Shown: positions 12,901 through 25,391 of the stretch, piece by piece
Numbering within the stretch: the first letter of the stretch is position 1
How the letters are laid out: every line of letters starts with the position of its first letter
Assembly: GCF_002113885.1 (NCBI RefSeq)
Contig: NW_018408648.1
Location: 260,423-324,422 of the forward strand
DNA: 64,000 nt
Source: Mizuhopecten yessoensis
Taxonomy: Eukaryota
Reading direction: 5' to 3'
Notes under the pieces: model-generated
Seen by the model: only the letters and a program-made list of their open reading frames with translations
What the model was told of the DNA's origin: nothing
Databases searched by the model: none
Made by a program: the position numbers and the translations under genes

Positions 12901-15900
12901 GGGGTCTAACACCAGTCACTGTCATACAGGGGTCTAACACCAGTCACTGTCATACAGGGGTCTAACACCAGTCACTGTCATACAGGGGTCTAACACCAGT
13001 CACTGTCATACAGGGGTCTAACACCAGTCACTGTCATACAGGGGTCTAACACCAGTCACTGTCATACAGGGGTCTAACACCAGTCACTGTCATACAGGGG
13101 TCTAACACCAGTCACTGTCATACAGGGGTCTAACACCAGTCACTGTCATACAGGGGTCTAACACCAGTCACTGTCATACAGGGGTCTAACACCAGTCACT
13201 GTCATACAGGGGTCTAACACCAGTCACTGTCATACAGGGGTCTAACACCAGTCACTGTCATACAGGGGTCTAACACCAGTCACTGTCATACAGGGGTCTA
13301 ACACCAGTCACTGTCATACAGGGGTCTAACACCAGTCACTGTCATACAGGGGTCTAACACCAGTCACTGTCATACAGGGGTCTAACACCAGTCACTGTCA
13401 TACAGGGGTCTAACACCAGTCACTGTCATACAGGGGTCTAACACCAGTCACTGTCATACAGGGGTCTAACACCAGTCACTGTCATACAGGGGTCTAACAC
13501 CAGTCACTGTCATACAGGGGTCTAACACCAGTCACTGTCATACAGGGGTCTAACACCAGTCACTGTCATACAGGGTCTATTACCAGTCACTGTCATACAG
13601 GAGTCTAACACCAGTCACTGTCATACAGGGGTCTAACACCAGTCACTGTCCTACAGGGGTCTAACACCAGTCACTGTCATACAGGGGTCTAACACCAGTC
13701 ATTGTCATACAGGGGTCTAACATCAGTCACTGTCATACAGGGGTCTAACATCAGTCACTGTCACACAGGGGTCTAACACCAGTCACTGTCATACAGGGTC
13801 TAACATCAGTCACTGTCTTACAGGGGTCTAGCAACAGTCACTGACGTACAGGGGTCTAACACCAGTCATTATCATACAGGGTCTATTACCAGTCACTGTC
13901 ATACAGGGGTCTAACACCAGTCATTGTGGTACAGGGGTCTAGCACCAGTCACTCATACAGGGTGTAACAACAGTCACTGTCATACAGGGGTCTAACATCA
14001 GTCACTGTCATACAGGAGTCTAACACCAGTCACTGTCCTACAGGGGTCTAACACCAGTCACTGTCCTACAGGGGTCTAACACCAGTCACTCTCGTACAGG
14101 GGTCTAGCACCAGTCACTGTCATACAGGGGTTTAACACCAGTCACAATCATACAGGGTCTATCACCAGTGACTGTCATACAGGGGTCTAACACCAGTCAC
14201 TGTCATATAGGGGTCTATCACCAGTCACTGTCACACAGGGGTCTAACATCAGTCACTGACTTACAGGGGTCTAGCATCAGTCAATGACATACAGGAATTT
14301 AACACCAGTTACTGTCACACAGGGGTCTAACATCAGTCAATGACATACAGGAATCTAACACTACTCACTGTCATACAGGGGACTAACACCAGTCACTGTC
14401 GTACATAAGTTTAACACCAGTCGCTGTCATACAGGGGTCTACTAACACCAGTGGCTGTCATACAGGGGTTTAACACCAGTCACAATCATACAGGGTCTAT
14501 TCCCAGTCACTGTCATATAGGGGTCTATCGCCAGTCACTGTCACAGAGGGGACTAACATCAGTCACTGTCATATAGGGGCCTATCACCAGTCACTGTCAC
14601 ACAGGGTCTAACTCCAGTCACTGTCATAGAGGGGTCTAGCACCAGTGACTGTCACACAGGGGGCTAACATCAGTCACTGTCACACAGGGTCTAACTCCAG
14701 TCACTGTCATAGAGGGGTCTAGCACCAGTGACTGTCATACAGGGGTCGGACACCAGTCACTCTCATACAGGGGTCTAACACCAGTGACTGTCATACAGGG
14801 GTCTAACACCAGTCACTCTCGTACAGGGGTCTAGAACCAGTCACTGTCATACAGGGGTCTAACACCAGTCACTCTCGTACAGGGGTCTAGAACCAGTCAC
14901 TGTCATACAGGGGTCTATCACCAGTCACTGTCACACAGGGGTCTAACATCAGTCACTGACTTACAGGGGTCTAGCATCAGTCAATGACATACAGGAATCT
15001 AACACCAGTCTATGTCACACAGGGGTCTAACATCAGTCACTGACTTACAGGGGTCTAGCATCAGTCAATGACATACACGAATCTAACACCAGTCACTGTC
15101 ACACAGGGGTCTAACACCAGTCACTGTCATACATTGATCTAACTCCAGTCAATGTCATACAGGGTCTAACACCAGTCACTGTCATACAGGGTCTAACACC
15201 AGTCACTGTCCTACAGGGGTCTAACACCATTCACTGTCATACAGGGGTCTAACACCAGTGGCTGTCATACAGGGGTCTAACACCAGTCACTGTCATACAG
15301 GGTCTAACACCAGTCACTGTCATACAGGGGTCTAACCCTAGTCACTGTCCTACAGGGGTCTAACACCATTCAATGTCATACATGGGTCTAACACCAGTGG
15401 CTGTCATACAGGGGTCTAACACCAGTCACTGTCATACATGGGTCTAACACCAGTCAATGTCATACAGGGTCTAACACCAGTCACTGTCATACAGGAGTCT
15501 AACACCAGTCACTGTCACACATGGGTCTAACATCAGTCACTGTCATACAGGGGTTTAACACCAGTCACTGTCATACAGGAGTCTAACACCAGCCACTGTC
15601 ACACATGGGTCTAACATCAGTCACTGTCATACCGGGGTTTAACACCAGTCACTGTCGTACAGAAGTTTAACACCAGTCACTGTCACACAGGGGTTGTCAT
15701 ACAGGAGTCTAACACCAGTCACTGTCATACAGGGGTCACACTGTCGTCACTGTCACACACGGGTCTAACATCAGTCACTGTCATACAGGGGTCTATCACC
15801 GGTCACTGTCACACAGGGTCTAACACCAGTCACTGTCATACAGGGGTCTAACACCAGACACTGTCATACAGGGGTCTAACACCAGTCATTGCCATACAGG

Positions 15901-17030
15901 GGTCTAACCCCAGTCACTGTCGTACAGGGTCTTACACCAGTCATTGTCATACAGGGGCTTTACACCAGTCACTGTCATACAGGGGTCTTACACCAGTCAC
16001 TGTCATACAGGGTCTAACACCAGTCACTTTCATACAGGGGTCTAACACCAGTCACTGTCATACAGGCTCTTACACCAGTCATTGTCATACAGGGGCTTTA
16101 CACCAGTCACTGTCATACAGGGGTCTAACCCCAGTCACTGTCATACAGGGTCTAACCCCAGTCACTGTCATACAGGGGTCTAACACCAGTCCCTGTCATA
16201 CATGGTCTTACACCAGTCATTTTCATACAGGGGCCTAACCCCAGTCACTGTCATACAGGGCTCTAACACCAGTCACTGTCATACAGGCGTCTAACACCAG
16301 TCACTGTCATACAGGGTCTAACACCAGTCACTTTCATACAGGGGTCTAACACCAGTCACTGTCATACATGTCATTCAGGGTCTAACACCAGTGACTGTCA
16401 TACAGGGGTCTAACACCAGTCACTGTCTTACATGGTCTTACACCAGTCATTGTCATACAGGGGATTAACACCAGTCACTGTCATACAGGGCTCTAACACC
16501 AGTCACTGTCATACATGGTCTAACAACAGTCACTGTCATACATGGGTCTAACACCAGTCACTGTCATACAGGGTCAAACACCAGTCACTGTCATACAGGG
16601 CTCTAACACCAGTCACTGTCATACAGGGGTCTAAAACCAGTCACTGTCATACAGGGTCTAACACCAGTCCCTTTCATACAGGGGTCTAACACCAGTCACT
16701 GTCATACATGTCATTCAGGGTCTAACACCAGTGACTGTCATACAGGGGTCTAACACCAGTCACTGTCCTACAGGGGTGTAACACCAGTCACTGTCCTACA
16801 GGGGTCTAACACCAGTCACTGTCATACATGTCATTCAGGGTCTAACACCAGTGACTGTCATACAGGGGTCTAACACCAGTCACTGTCATACAGGGTCTTA
16901 CACCAGTCATTGTCATACAGGGGCTTTACACCAGTCACTGTCATACAGGGGTCTAACACCAGTCACTGTCATACAGGGTCTTACACCAGTCATTGTCATA
17001 CAGGGGTTTAACACCAGTCACTGTCATACT
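6951..17030. repeat. ~10 kb tandem satellite, 27-28 bp unit GTCTAACACCAGTCACTGTCATACAGGG
   Basis: Directly visible, roughly 360 units. Perfect 28-mer core at ~12006-13570 with diverged flanks. Confidence 0.99.
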
Positions 17031-17637
17031 GTGATCTAGATATTTTCCTGCTGTCTTTACTTTTAATTTTGATGTGAAGCCTCCTGGACAGTTTTCCCAC
17101 ATACTAACTTCAGAAATGGTCCAATGTTATACAACAGCCTTATATGCAATACTTCTTTTTAATCAGAATAGCTTCAAGACAAAACTAGACGTAAGTTTAT
17201 ATGTAATATTACCTTCTGTCGACATTTAAGGAAGGTGTCACATTTGCCATAAAGTTTTAAATACACTGCTGAACTGGGTGATGTCCCCTATACACATCCA
17301 ATCATCTTGCCTTCCTTATCAGAATAAAAATAAATTGGCAACCTCAAACTTAATATGCATGCCTATTAAGACATTGAGTGAGTAACGATTTTGTATCCTA
17401 CGTACTGAGAAAGGCTTGAAATATTGATAGAAAAAAACATTTCATAAGCAGATTATGTATAGAAATATATAAAGAGCTTAGGTCTATTGAATTCTGACTC
17501 TGGTTCAAGGCGAAATATTTTAATTTAAAGTAGATTTCATAAACATGAGAAATTGTCAATAGTATGTATCTTTTCAACCATTAGAAAACTGCTGATGCAA
17601 AAGGCTTTGATCAACAGAACTATGTATACATATATCT

Positions 17638-18505
17638 AACAAGAGGCCAAGGGGGCCTGTATCGCTTACCTGGTTATTTAAGCAATCATGGCACAATATT
17701 TACATTTGCTCTGTAATGCCAATTTGTAACCACTTCAGACATGTAGGGTAAGAACTTGGAAGCGTTACTATGGAGACTTTATAATTCATAAAGAATTAAG
17801 GTTGTTACTATTACTATCACATTAGTTGGGTTGGAGATAAAAAGTATGTGATGGCTGTTCATTTGTCGAATTGTCTATATAAACAATACTAAACTTAACC
17901 CCCTCCCCAAAGGCAAATAAGGGACCTGGGGCACTTGAAAATCACAAAGTACATAAACCACTCGAAGGCCTTTACAACTATGAGTAGTATTTGATACTAA
18001 CATTTCTGGAACTGCAGAAGAAGATTTTTGAAATTCGCTTCATTTTTCACCCCTAACTCAGCCCCCTAGGGGGTCAGACTAATAAATATTACACCAGCAG
18101 ACCTCCCTCCCCTAACAAGTATTTCTGTCAAATATGAGCAAATTCCGTTCGTAACATTGGAAGATTTATTAGTATTGCCTATTATGTCTATTTCATATAT
18201 AAACTATACTAGGAGACATGAAAATCACAATTTTTATAAACCACCCAAAGGCCTTTACAACTATGAGTAGTATTTGGTTTTAGCATTTCTGGAAATGGAG
18301 AAGAAGATTTTTTTGATTTTTTTCTACATTTTCCCCTTTTTGGCCTCTAACTAAACCCCCTAGGGGGCCACACCCTTATGTCATAAATCCATTGAGCCCC
18401 TGGTCCCAAGGATGCTTCATATCAAATTTAGTTAAAATCCAATCAGTCGTTCAGGAGATAAAGGCTTTTTTTTAAAGGGAAAAGTTTTGGGTAGGTGAGC
18501 TAAAA
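17638..18505. mobile_element. HINE-like element (second family)
   Basis: Same terminal motifs as 2322-3647: aacaagaggccaagggggcct..tcgcttacctgg at the start and ggtgagctaaaa at the end. Two internal ~275-bp diverged repeats. Confidence 0.65.
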
Positions 18506-18594
18506 ATAAAATATAACATTAAACCTTTCTTTTACACCAATTATTAGACAAGTTATTTGAACTTAAATTTTTCACTCGTTGGCCAGAATGTTAG

Positions 18595-18763
18595 TGTGTG
18601 GGTGTCTTATTGCGAGAGAAAACAGGGGTACCCAGAGTAAACCCACAAGGTCAGGCAGCTATTTATATGACACCATAACTAAAATGTCACGTCTGATTGG
18701 TGAATTGAACCCCGGCTGCCTTGTTGAAAGGCAAGTGTGTTATCCGCTGCACCACCCAACCAC
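18595..18763 (-). mobile_element. tRNA-derived SINE with V-domain-like core
   Basis: gagaaaacaggggtacccagagtaaacccac core and ttgaaccc...gtgtgttatccgctgcaccacc head. Related copies at 30715-30864 and 53650-53772. Confidence 0.6.
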
Positions 18764-21501
18764 ATAGATTTTACTGTAGTTCATTTACCCACAATCCTTG
18801 TCTCCAATTGTTGGAAATCGTTATCAATATAATAAGTATCAATTACATATCACATATGACCCAACAACATCCCCCATCCCCTTGTATTAGTATATCTCAA
18901 ACCTTTTTCTGGTCCACTTTTACCCATATATCTATGATAATTTGTTGAAAGCATTCACAGGTAATTTTTAAATACAGCTGAGATTCTTTAAAAGAGCCAA
19001 CAATTAGATCTAGTTGTCACCCTTTTTAATCCAGCAAGTACAGACTGGATATTTTCTCTACAAAACTCTTCCAGTAAAATCCTGCCATCTCATGGTACCG
19101 TACACATATATATATATATATATATAGTTTAAGTCTTGCTGGAAACACAGACAGCTGGATCATTGAAAAACTACATTTACCATCAATATTATAAGGAGAT
19201 ATAGTGTGTAAATACAGGCTTCAATATAAACACCTATCAAATTTTATTTTGTCGACACAACTACTTACAAGTGTTAATAATTAATGTCTTCGTACAATTG
19301 TATACATGTACCACTAAATATGAAAATCAACATGTTTCGCCCCTGGCATCTTAATTACACTGTAGATAAGGCAATATCTGCAGTAATCTTCAGACACACT
19401 TCAACAACAAATAGAAATTCCTTTCTATATACAACAGTGCTGGTCTAACCAAAGCCTACAGCTAAATACGGGATCTAAAAATAAAGAACAGGTTTGTTCA
19501 ACAAGTTATATTTAACGTCTGGCAACAGTGTCAGTTTACTGAGCATAGTCAACTGACCACAACATTGTTTCGTTTCCTTTAATCATAACATATATTGAGA
19601 ACTGCTATGTAAACATTATTGAATAATGTTCATATTCGATACATATTTTCCAAATTAATAGCAAAGGTTATTTTGATACATTTTTAACCTGATCTTTAAA
19701 AGGTTAAATGATGATAAAAAGTCATTAAAAATTGTCTATGAAGCTGTTAATGCTTTGATATTTTAAATTAAAAAGAAAACTTAGAAGGTAAATAGAGTGT
19801 AGGTAAAAACTAGCCAGGTATATAAACTTTAGTCAGATTATAAACACTCCCAAAAAACACTCCCATGCTGCATACAAATGAGTGATGGAAACTGAGCACT
19901 TCAGGTGAACATAAATGTTATTTTCACAGGAGTTAAGTTACAAGTTTCTGACACTAAATCTGTCTCAGAAGTTGACAACTAACATGTGGCTTTGCTACAG
20001 CCTTTTTACATAGATTTTAACGAGTTAAAAAGCCATAGACATGCAGAACTAAAAAAAATATTTTTCACTTTGAAATATTTTGTTCAAATGTGGTTAAGTT
20101 GGGCTTTATATAAACTTACCATAAATACATGTACAACTGAAAGTGTCAATTCTGAATAATATCTAAATTTTGACTTATTTTTCTTTTGCATACCGGTAAT
20201 CAAACATTTACATAATTATGCATAACAGAAGATGTCACCACTGTTGGAGTTCAAAACACATTAGTAAGATCAGATGAGTACATAATTAGCTTGTTTAAAA
20301 TAAGCCCGGATCCTCTTAAATTTTAGTAAGATTTTAAGGATATTGAAGGAATTTTCTATGATTTGATAAATTTGTTATTCTTCAATATTCTCATTTTAAG
20401 CTTTCCTTAAATAATTGGCAAAATAATGAAACATTTCTTTCCAGCTACATTGTATAATGTGAGAGTGCTGGGAAATTGTGTAACACATACAGCTAGGAAG
20501 CCTCCCTATACTCTGTTAATTAAGGAACAGGCTGTCCGACTACAACAGGCATATAACACTAGAGAGTTACACTGTACTCTTTTATACATATAGTTGTTAC
20601 CTCCCCTTAATTTTGTTGTGCATATTACTGCAGTGGATTTTTGGCTAGGATACTACTGCTTATCAGGTAGATCAATTAGAGTGACCATACTGCTGTATCT
20701 GAGGTTGAATCTTAGTCTCAGGCCCGAGTTGCACTTTTACTTTTAGACCAATAGGCTACTGATCTTTCATTCTATTTCATCTTAATTACCTTTCAGAAAA
20801 CTTCCACTTCTTATGAGTTCCTTGCCAGAAATGATTTATTAAAGCAGCTATTTTTTATAATAACCAGCAAAAAAGTTTCCGATCCATAGTTACAATTGTT
20901 GGCAGTGGAACGGAGATCCTGAAGTAATATTACTTCTAGGCATTCTAGCTGCTAGCTGGCATGCAATGTTATCACTGCACAATATTCCCAGGCCTGGTGT
21001 CTATAATTGTTCATTGATTACCCAGTATAGTGCAGAATATATATGTCCTCCCCCACCTTATCAACCGATATATTACAATGTCATAGCCCTCCAGGTTACA
21101 GAAAAACACCATTCCGACGGATCGCTGTCATTAACAATGCATGTGCTTAGATGAATCAATAACAATCACCTAAATTTATGGTTGCAGGACCAGCGTAGCG
21201 TGGGATATTCCACAATAATCACAGAGAAACTATTCAGCTGTTTAAATGTTAAATGTCACTTGTAAGTTAAGCGATAAGAAGTCACCACGTAATGATTGTG
21301 TCTGTGATTACACCTTAACTCATCCACCCCTGAAGACACATCTGAACTCTTCCAATTCAAAGGTTGGAATAGTTCATTATGATATTTCAGGGGTGAATGG
21401 GTAAACAAACTTAAACTTACCACTACTATTAGCAAACACCTTTAATTTTGAAAGCTTTTTGTAGCTTTTCAAAGAATATTATCTTTCAGTTGTTTAATCT
21501 C

Positions 21502-21720
21502 AACTTTTTGCTTCAAACAACTGAAAAAGTAGATTTGAATTTGGGGTGTCAACACTTTTGCTAGAAACCATATATACAGTTGTACTCTGAACTTTTTGCT
21601 CCAAACAGCTGAAAAAATAGATTTGAATTTGGGGTGTCAACACTTTTGCTAGAAACCATATATACAGTTGTACTCTGAACTTTTTGCTTCAAACAGCTGA
21701 AAAAGTAGATTTGAATTTGA
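21502..21720. repeat. 88-bp tandem duplication, ~2.5 copies
   Basis: aactttttgcttcaaacaactgaaaaagtagatttgaatttg recurs at ~21502, 21590 and 21678. Confidence 0.9.
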
Positions 21721-22371
21721 TGTTGGATCGAAGATATCATGCAGAGTCCTAGAAATTCTGAGGCAGACTCCAGGCTGTAGGTGCTTTGATATTTTATAAA
21801 CTAGAAACAATTATGAAAGCAATTTGAAACTTCATACACCAAGGCTACCATACAGATATGTAAAGACATGAAATATAGATGCATAGACAGAGGGCCGGGT
21901 ACAAAAACTTAACCTTCTTAAAACTGTGTTATTAGTACATGTACTAGGTTTCTATGATTTTGTTCCATTATATCAGGATGAACATTTTCGAAAAGACAAA
22001 AAATATTCCTCAACATTTGTGATATTTCTTATAAGGAAGTGACCATGTTGGAATATATGACAAATATATGTGTTTTCTTTTTGAATTATTTAAGATGCTC
22101 AATACGGCCGGGATGCATTTTTAAGGATTATACTCTGGAGATCCCATTTTTCCCCCAGGGTCTTAGTGTGATAATATATTCATCTACACATTTTTTTTCA
22201 AAATAGAGATTTCCAAATATTTATGTAGCGCTACTGTACATGTAGACTGTTAAGAAAAACATTCCACTGATGATTTCTTTCTTTGTTTCAGTTGAAGACA
22301 ATGAGATGCAAGGTACAAGGTGACCAGAAGAACCATAGTTGAGCGAGGACAGATTATAACGACTTAAAAAA

Positions 22372-24261
22372 ATGCAGCCAGTAGGAAGATATGAACAAAC
22401 AAATGCCAGAATGGCACGTTATCGTCAATCCCATAATTCCTATGAAGAGGAAGATCCCAACAGTCCACGATCCATGAACAGCGAGCTATTTCAGGATCTG
22501 GATGTTCATATCACCCATCTTGATTCTGTGTCACAAAACAACTTGGGTTTTAATTTTCAAGAAACAGAGCAAGTGCATCACCATTACATACAAAACAAGG
22601 CATTTCAGGACACAGAAGAAGTGCGCCGACATTACATACAGAACAACAGTAATGGCAATAACAAGAGTCCACGTGGAGCGAAATTTCGCACGGAGTCGTC
22701 ATCTGCCAAGGCTAAACTTGCCAAGATCATCACAGTGCCAGGGGCTGAAGATCCAAACCATTTAAAGTACCAACCTTCTACTCCGAAGACTGGTGAAAAT
22801 CATAAAGGAGGACAATCCATCAAGGGCCCTGTTCAAGGTATACCGGTACCCCAGGGGACCGTAAGGGGAGTACCAGTATCCCCGAGGACAATGAAGGCTG
22901 TTCCTCACTCCCATGGGACAGTGCAAGCAAGTGCCACCTATCCAGGAAGTATGCGTGGTTATCCAAAGACCAATGGTCATTTAACGCAGAGCCGACGCAG
23001 AACCCCCAGTGCCGAGACCAAGACTGGTTCTATAGCATTTCGCAGACAACGGCCAGAACGAAAAGAATATTATGTCACACAATTCGACATAGAATTTGAC
23101 AAACATGAACGCCACCGATTTCTACCAGGAGAGGAGCTCACTGGGAAGATAATATTTGACGTAAGTAACGAAATGGACATTCGTTTTATTGAACTATTGA
23201 TAATTGGCCAGACCACAGCAACTCTTGTACAGCCGGAGTCTGGTGTATCGACCACAAAACGAGACGTGTTTCTTAGTAAACGCTCTTACATCATTGGTTC
23301 CCCTGACGGACGTTGGACATCACTCGTCACCCCGGGACACTATGTCTCCAATTTCCGTTTACAGTTGCCTGAAGGCATCCCCACATCCATCACTTATCAG
23401 GACAAAATCAACGGCTTCAACATGGAAACCACGTACCTTGTGAAAGCCCGGATTTGTGATGATGTAGGGTCGTCATCCTCAGCACGAAGTACACACTCCA
23501 TGAACAATTTTGTCAAAGTGTTGGTATCACGCAAACAAGTGTTCCATGTAAAAAGACCTTTTGACATTCATTCTGTTCCTATGGCGATGACGCCTGTGAA
23601 CCATGTTGAAGATGTTCCCATAACATGCTCTGTGTTCTCGGTTAAGGAACCTGCAAACATTCACATGTCTCTGGATCGGTCCTGCTTTCTTGCCGGTGAC
23701 GACATAAAAATCCACCTCGAGACCGAAAACCGCTATGCAAATAGAATTAAAAAGATTACATGTGTTCTGAGGCAGACAGTTACTGTCAAAGGAGTCCGCT
23801 CCAAAGCCCAATTCAACATCGCCAATGTTGAAGAGAAATATCCGGAGGGCACCATCACAAAGACAAACAAGAGTAACATCATTTTCTATGACATCCATCT
23901 CCCAACCCACACAAACTTTTTACCTAGTGTCATGCCTGGATGTCGTCTCGCAACAATTCGCTACAGCCTCATTATGGGTGTCAGTTTCAAGACATGTGGC
24001 GGAAAGCTCGTGCTGGACATCCCGATAAATCTCGGCCCTTGTACTGATCCTGTACGCCTAGACAAGACTAATTCGGTCCCCTTCTTCAATCGGCCACTTC
24101 GGTTCCCATACTTCTCCCCACATTCGAATGGGACTGCCAATGGAGACGTACCCCAAGTCCTGAAGAGCCCCAAGTCAGGGCCACCAATAACATCCAAGTT
24201 CTCATACGGAGCATGTTCTAGCCGATTCTGCTGTTGTTGGGGAGACAACACATTGATATGA
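22372..24261 (+). CDS. Arrestin-domain-containing protein (alpha-arrestin-like), 629 aa, CDS in one exon
   Basis: Arrestin_N motifs (FDIEFD..FLPGEELTGKI..; PGHY..F.LQLPEGIPTS; Y.VKA.I) and Arrestin_C motifs (LDRSCFLAGDDIKI.L..EN; PS.MPGC.L..IRYSL; LDIPI.LG). In-frame TAA at 22357-22359 fixes the start. Splice acceptor tttgtttcag ends at 22291; AATAAA follows the stop. Confidence 0.9.
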   Translation: MQPVGRYEQTNARMARYRQSHNSYEEEDPNSPRSMNSELFQDLDVHITHLDSVSQNNLGFNFQETEQVHHHYIQNKAFQDTEEVRRHYIQNNSNGNNKSPRGAKFRTESSSAKAKLAKIITVPGAEDPNHLKYQPSTPKTGENHKGGQSIKGPVQGIPVPQGTVRGVPVSPRTMKAVPHSHGTVQASATYPGSMRGYPKTNGHLTQSRRRTPSAETKTGSIAFRRQRPERKEYYVTQFDIEFDKHERHRFLPGEELTGKIIFDVSNEMDIRFIELLIIGQTTATLVQPESGVSTTKRDVFLSKRSYIIGSPDGRWTSLVTPGHYVSNFRLQLPEGIPTSITYQDKINGFNMETTYLVKARICDDVGSSSSARSTHSMNNFVKVLVSRKQVFHVKRPFDIHSVPMAMTPVNHVEDVPITCSVFSVKEPANIHMSLDRSCFLAGDDIKIHLETENRYANRIKKITCVLRQTVTVKGVRSKAQFNIANVEEKYPEGTITKTNKSNIIFYDIHLPTHTNFLPSVMPGCRLATIRYSLIMGVSFKTCGGKLVLDIPINLGPCTDPVRLDKTNSVPFFNRPLRFPYFSPHSNGTANGDVPQVLKSPKSGPPITSKFSYGACSSRFCCCWGDNTLI

Positions 24262-24827
24262 ATTTCTTCAATAAACATGAAATCAATTTTTAATTATCAC
24301 GAACCTTACCTGGATTAGTGTTTCGTTTTTCAAGATTTTATTCAAGGGATCACCAAAGTATCAATCAAGCTTTCAAAGTCTGCTTAAATATTTTATAAAT
24401 TTTCACAAAATGTCTTTTTTGGAAAGAATACATTGCATTGCATTTGATGTATACGGATATATATATATATATATAAATATAAAGCTCTATATAATTTACT
24501 GAACGTTGTTAACATAAATATATTTATACATTAGTGACATAAATTAATTGCCCGCTTTTTAAGATGTACCAAGCTTTCTTCAGCTACCAGTGAATAATTC
24601 ATTAAATCAAATTTATTTAAAATATGTATAGAAAATTGAGTACTTTTGAATCTATTCATTTGAAGGCGATTTTATTGAATCTCAGGACATTTCCCATATC
24701 TGTTCAGTAATAAGTCTGAGTCTGGTAACAGGTCCATGTTGTGTAGATATTACAAAGACCAACGCCCATACTGTGAGTCAGAGATAACGCATATGTCACT
24801 TGACTTATTGCAGGACAAACTAAATAA

Positions 24828-25391
24828 TTAACCCTTTCACCCATATGTAGCTTCAGTCAACTCTACCATGCATTGATCTGGTTGAGTCCATTATGGTCTA
24901 CAGTTATGAAAGGGTTAAGCACCCCTATGTAACTTCAGTAAACTCTACCATGCATTGATCTGGTTGAGTCCACCATGGACTACAGTTATGAAAGGGTTAA
25001 GATTACTGTATACATTTTTGCCAAGTCAAATTTTCGCCCATGGACAAAATACCCATTTTCAACCAATATTGAACTTGCCCTTCACATTTAGTTGCTATGT
25101 ATATTATGTTGTTTACAAATGTTCGCTGTGATGATAAATCCTCCCTCATTATGGAGGGTGAAAAAGGTGAAAATTAAACTCAGCGAAAAATTGGTACATT
25201 TGTATACAGTATAACGGCTACATTGATTCAATTTTCCTGTAATGCATCAAAGTTTATTAATTTTATGAAACCTGATACAGCCAGGTCTGAGTATATTAAT
25301 TAACCGTTTCACCACTGTAGACCATAAATGGACTCATCAAGATCAATGCATGGCAGACTCTACTAAAGTTACATAGGGGTGAAAGGGTTAA
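24828..25391. mobile_element. Cluster of three ~85-bp piggyBac-type MITEs
   Basis: TTAA-CCCT...AGGG-TTAA at 24828-24918, a tandem partial copy to 25000, and an inverted copy at 25300-25391. Related copies near 21315-21403 and 60686-60765. Confidence 0.7.

Noticed and set aside
6951-17030. CRISPR array, telomere or coding repeat
   Set aside because: No unique spacers; interstitial location; cycling through the frames of the 28-mer hits stops on both strands. ORF 16851-17039 is an artefact.
22502-24278. Overlapping alternative-frame and antisense ORFs within the arrestin gene (likewise within the Cys-rich gene)
   Set aside because: Shadows of the real coding frames with no recognisable motifs.
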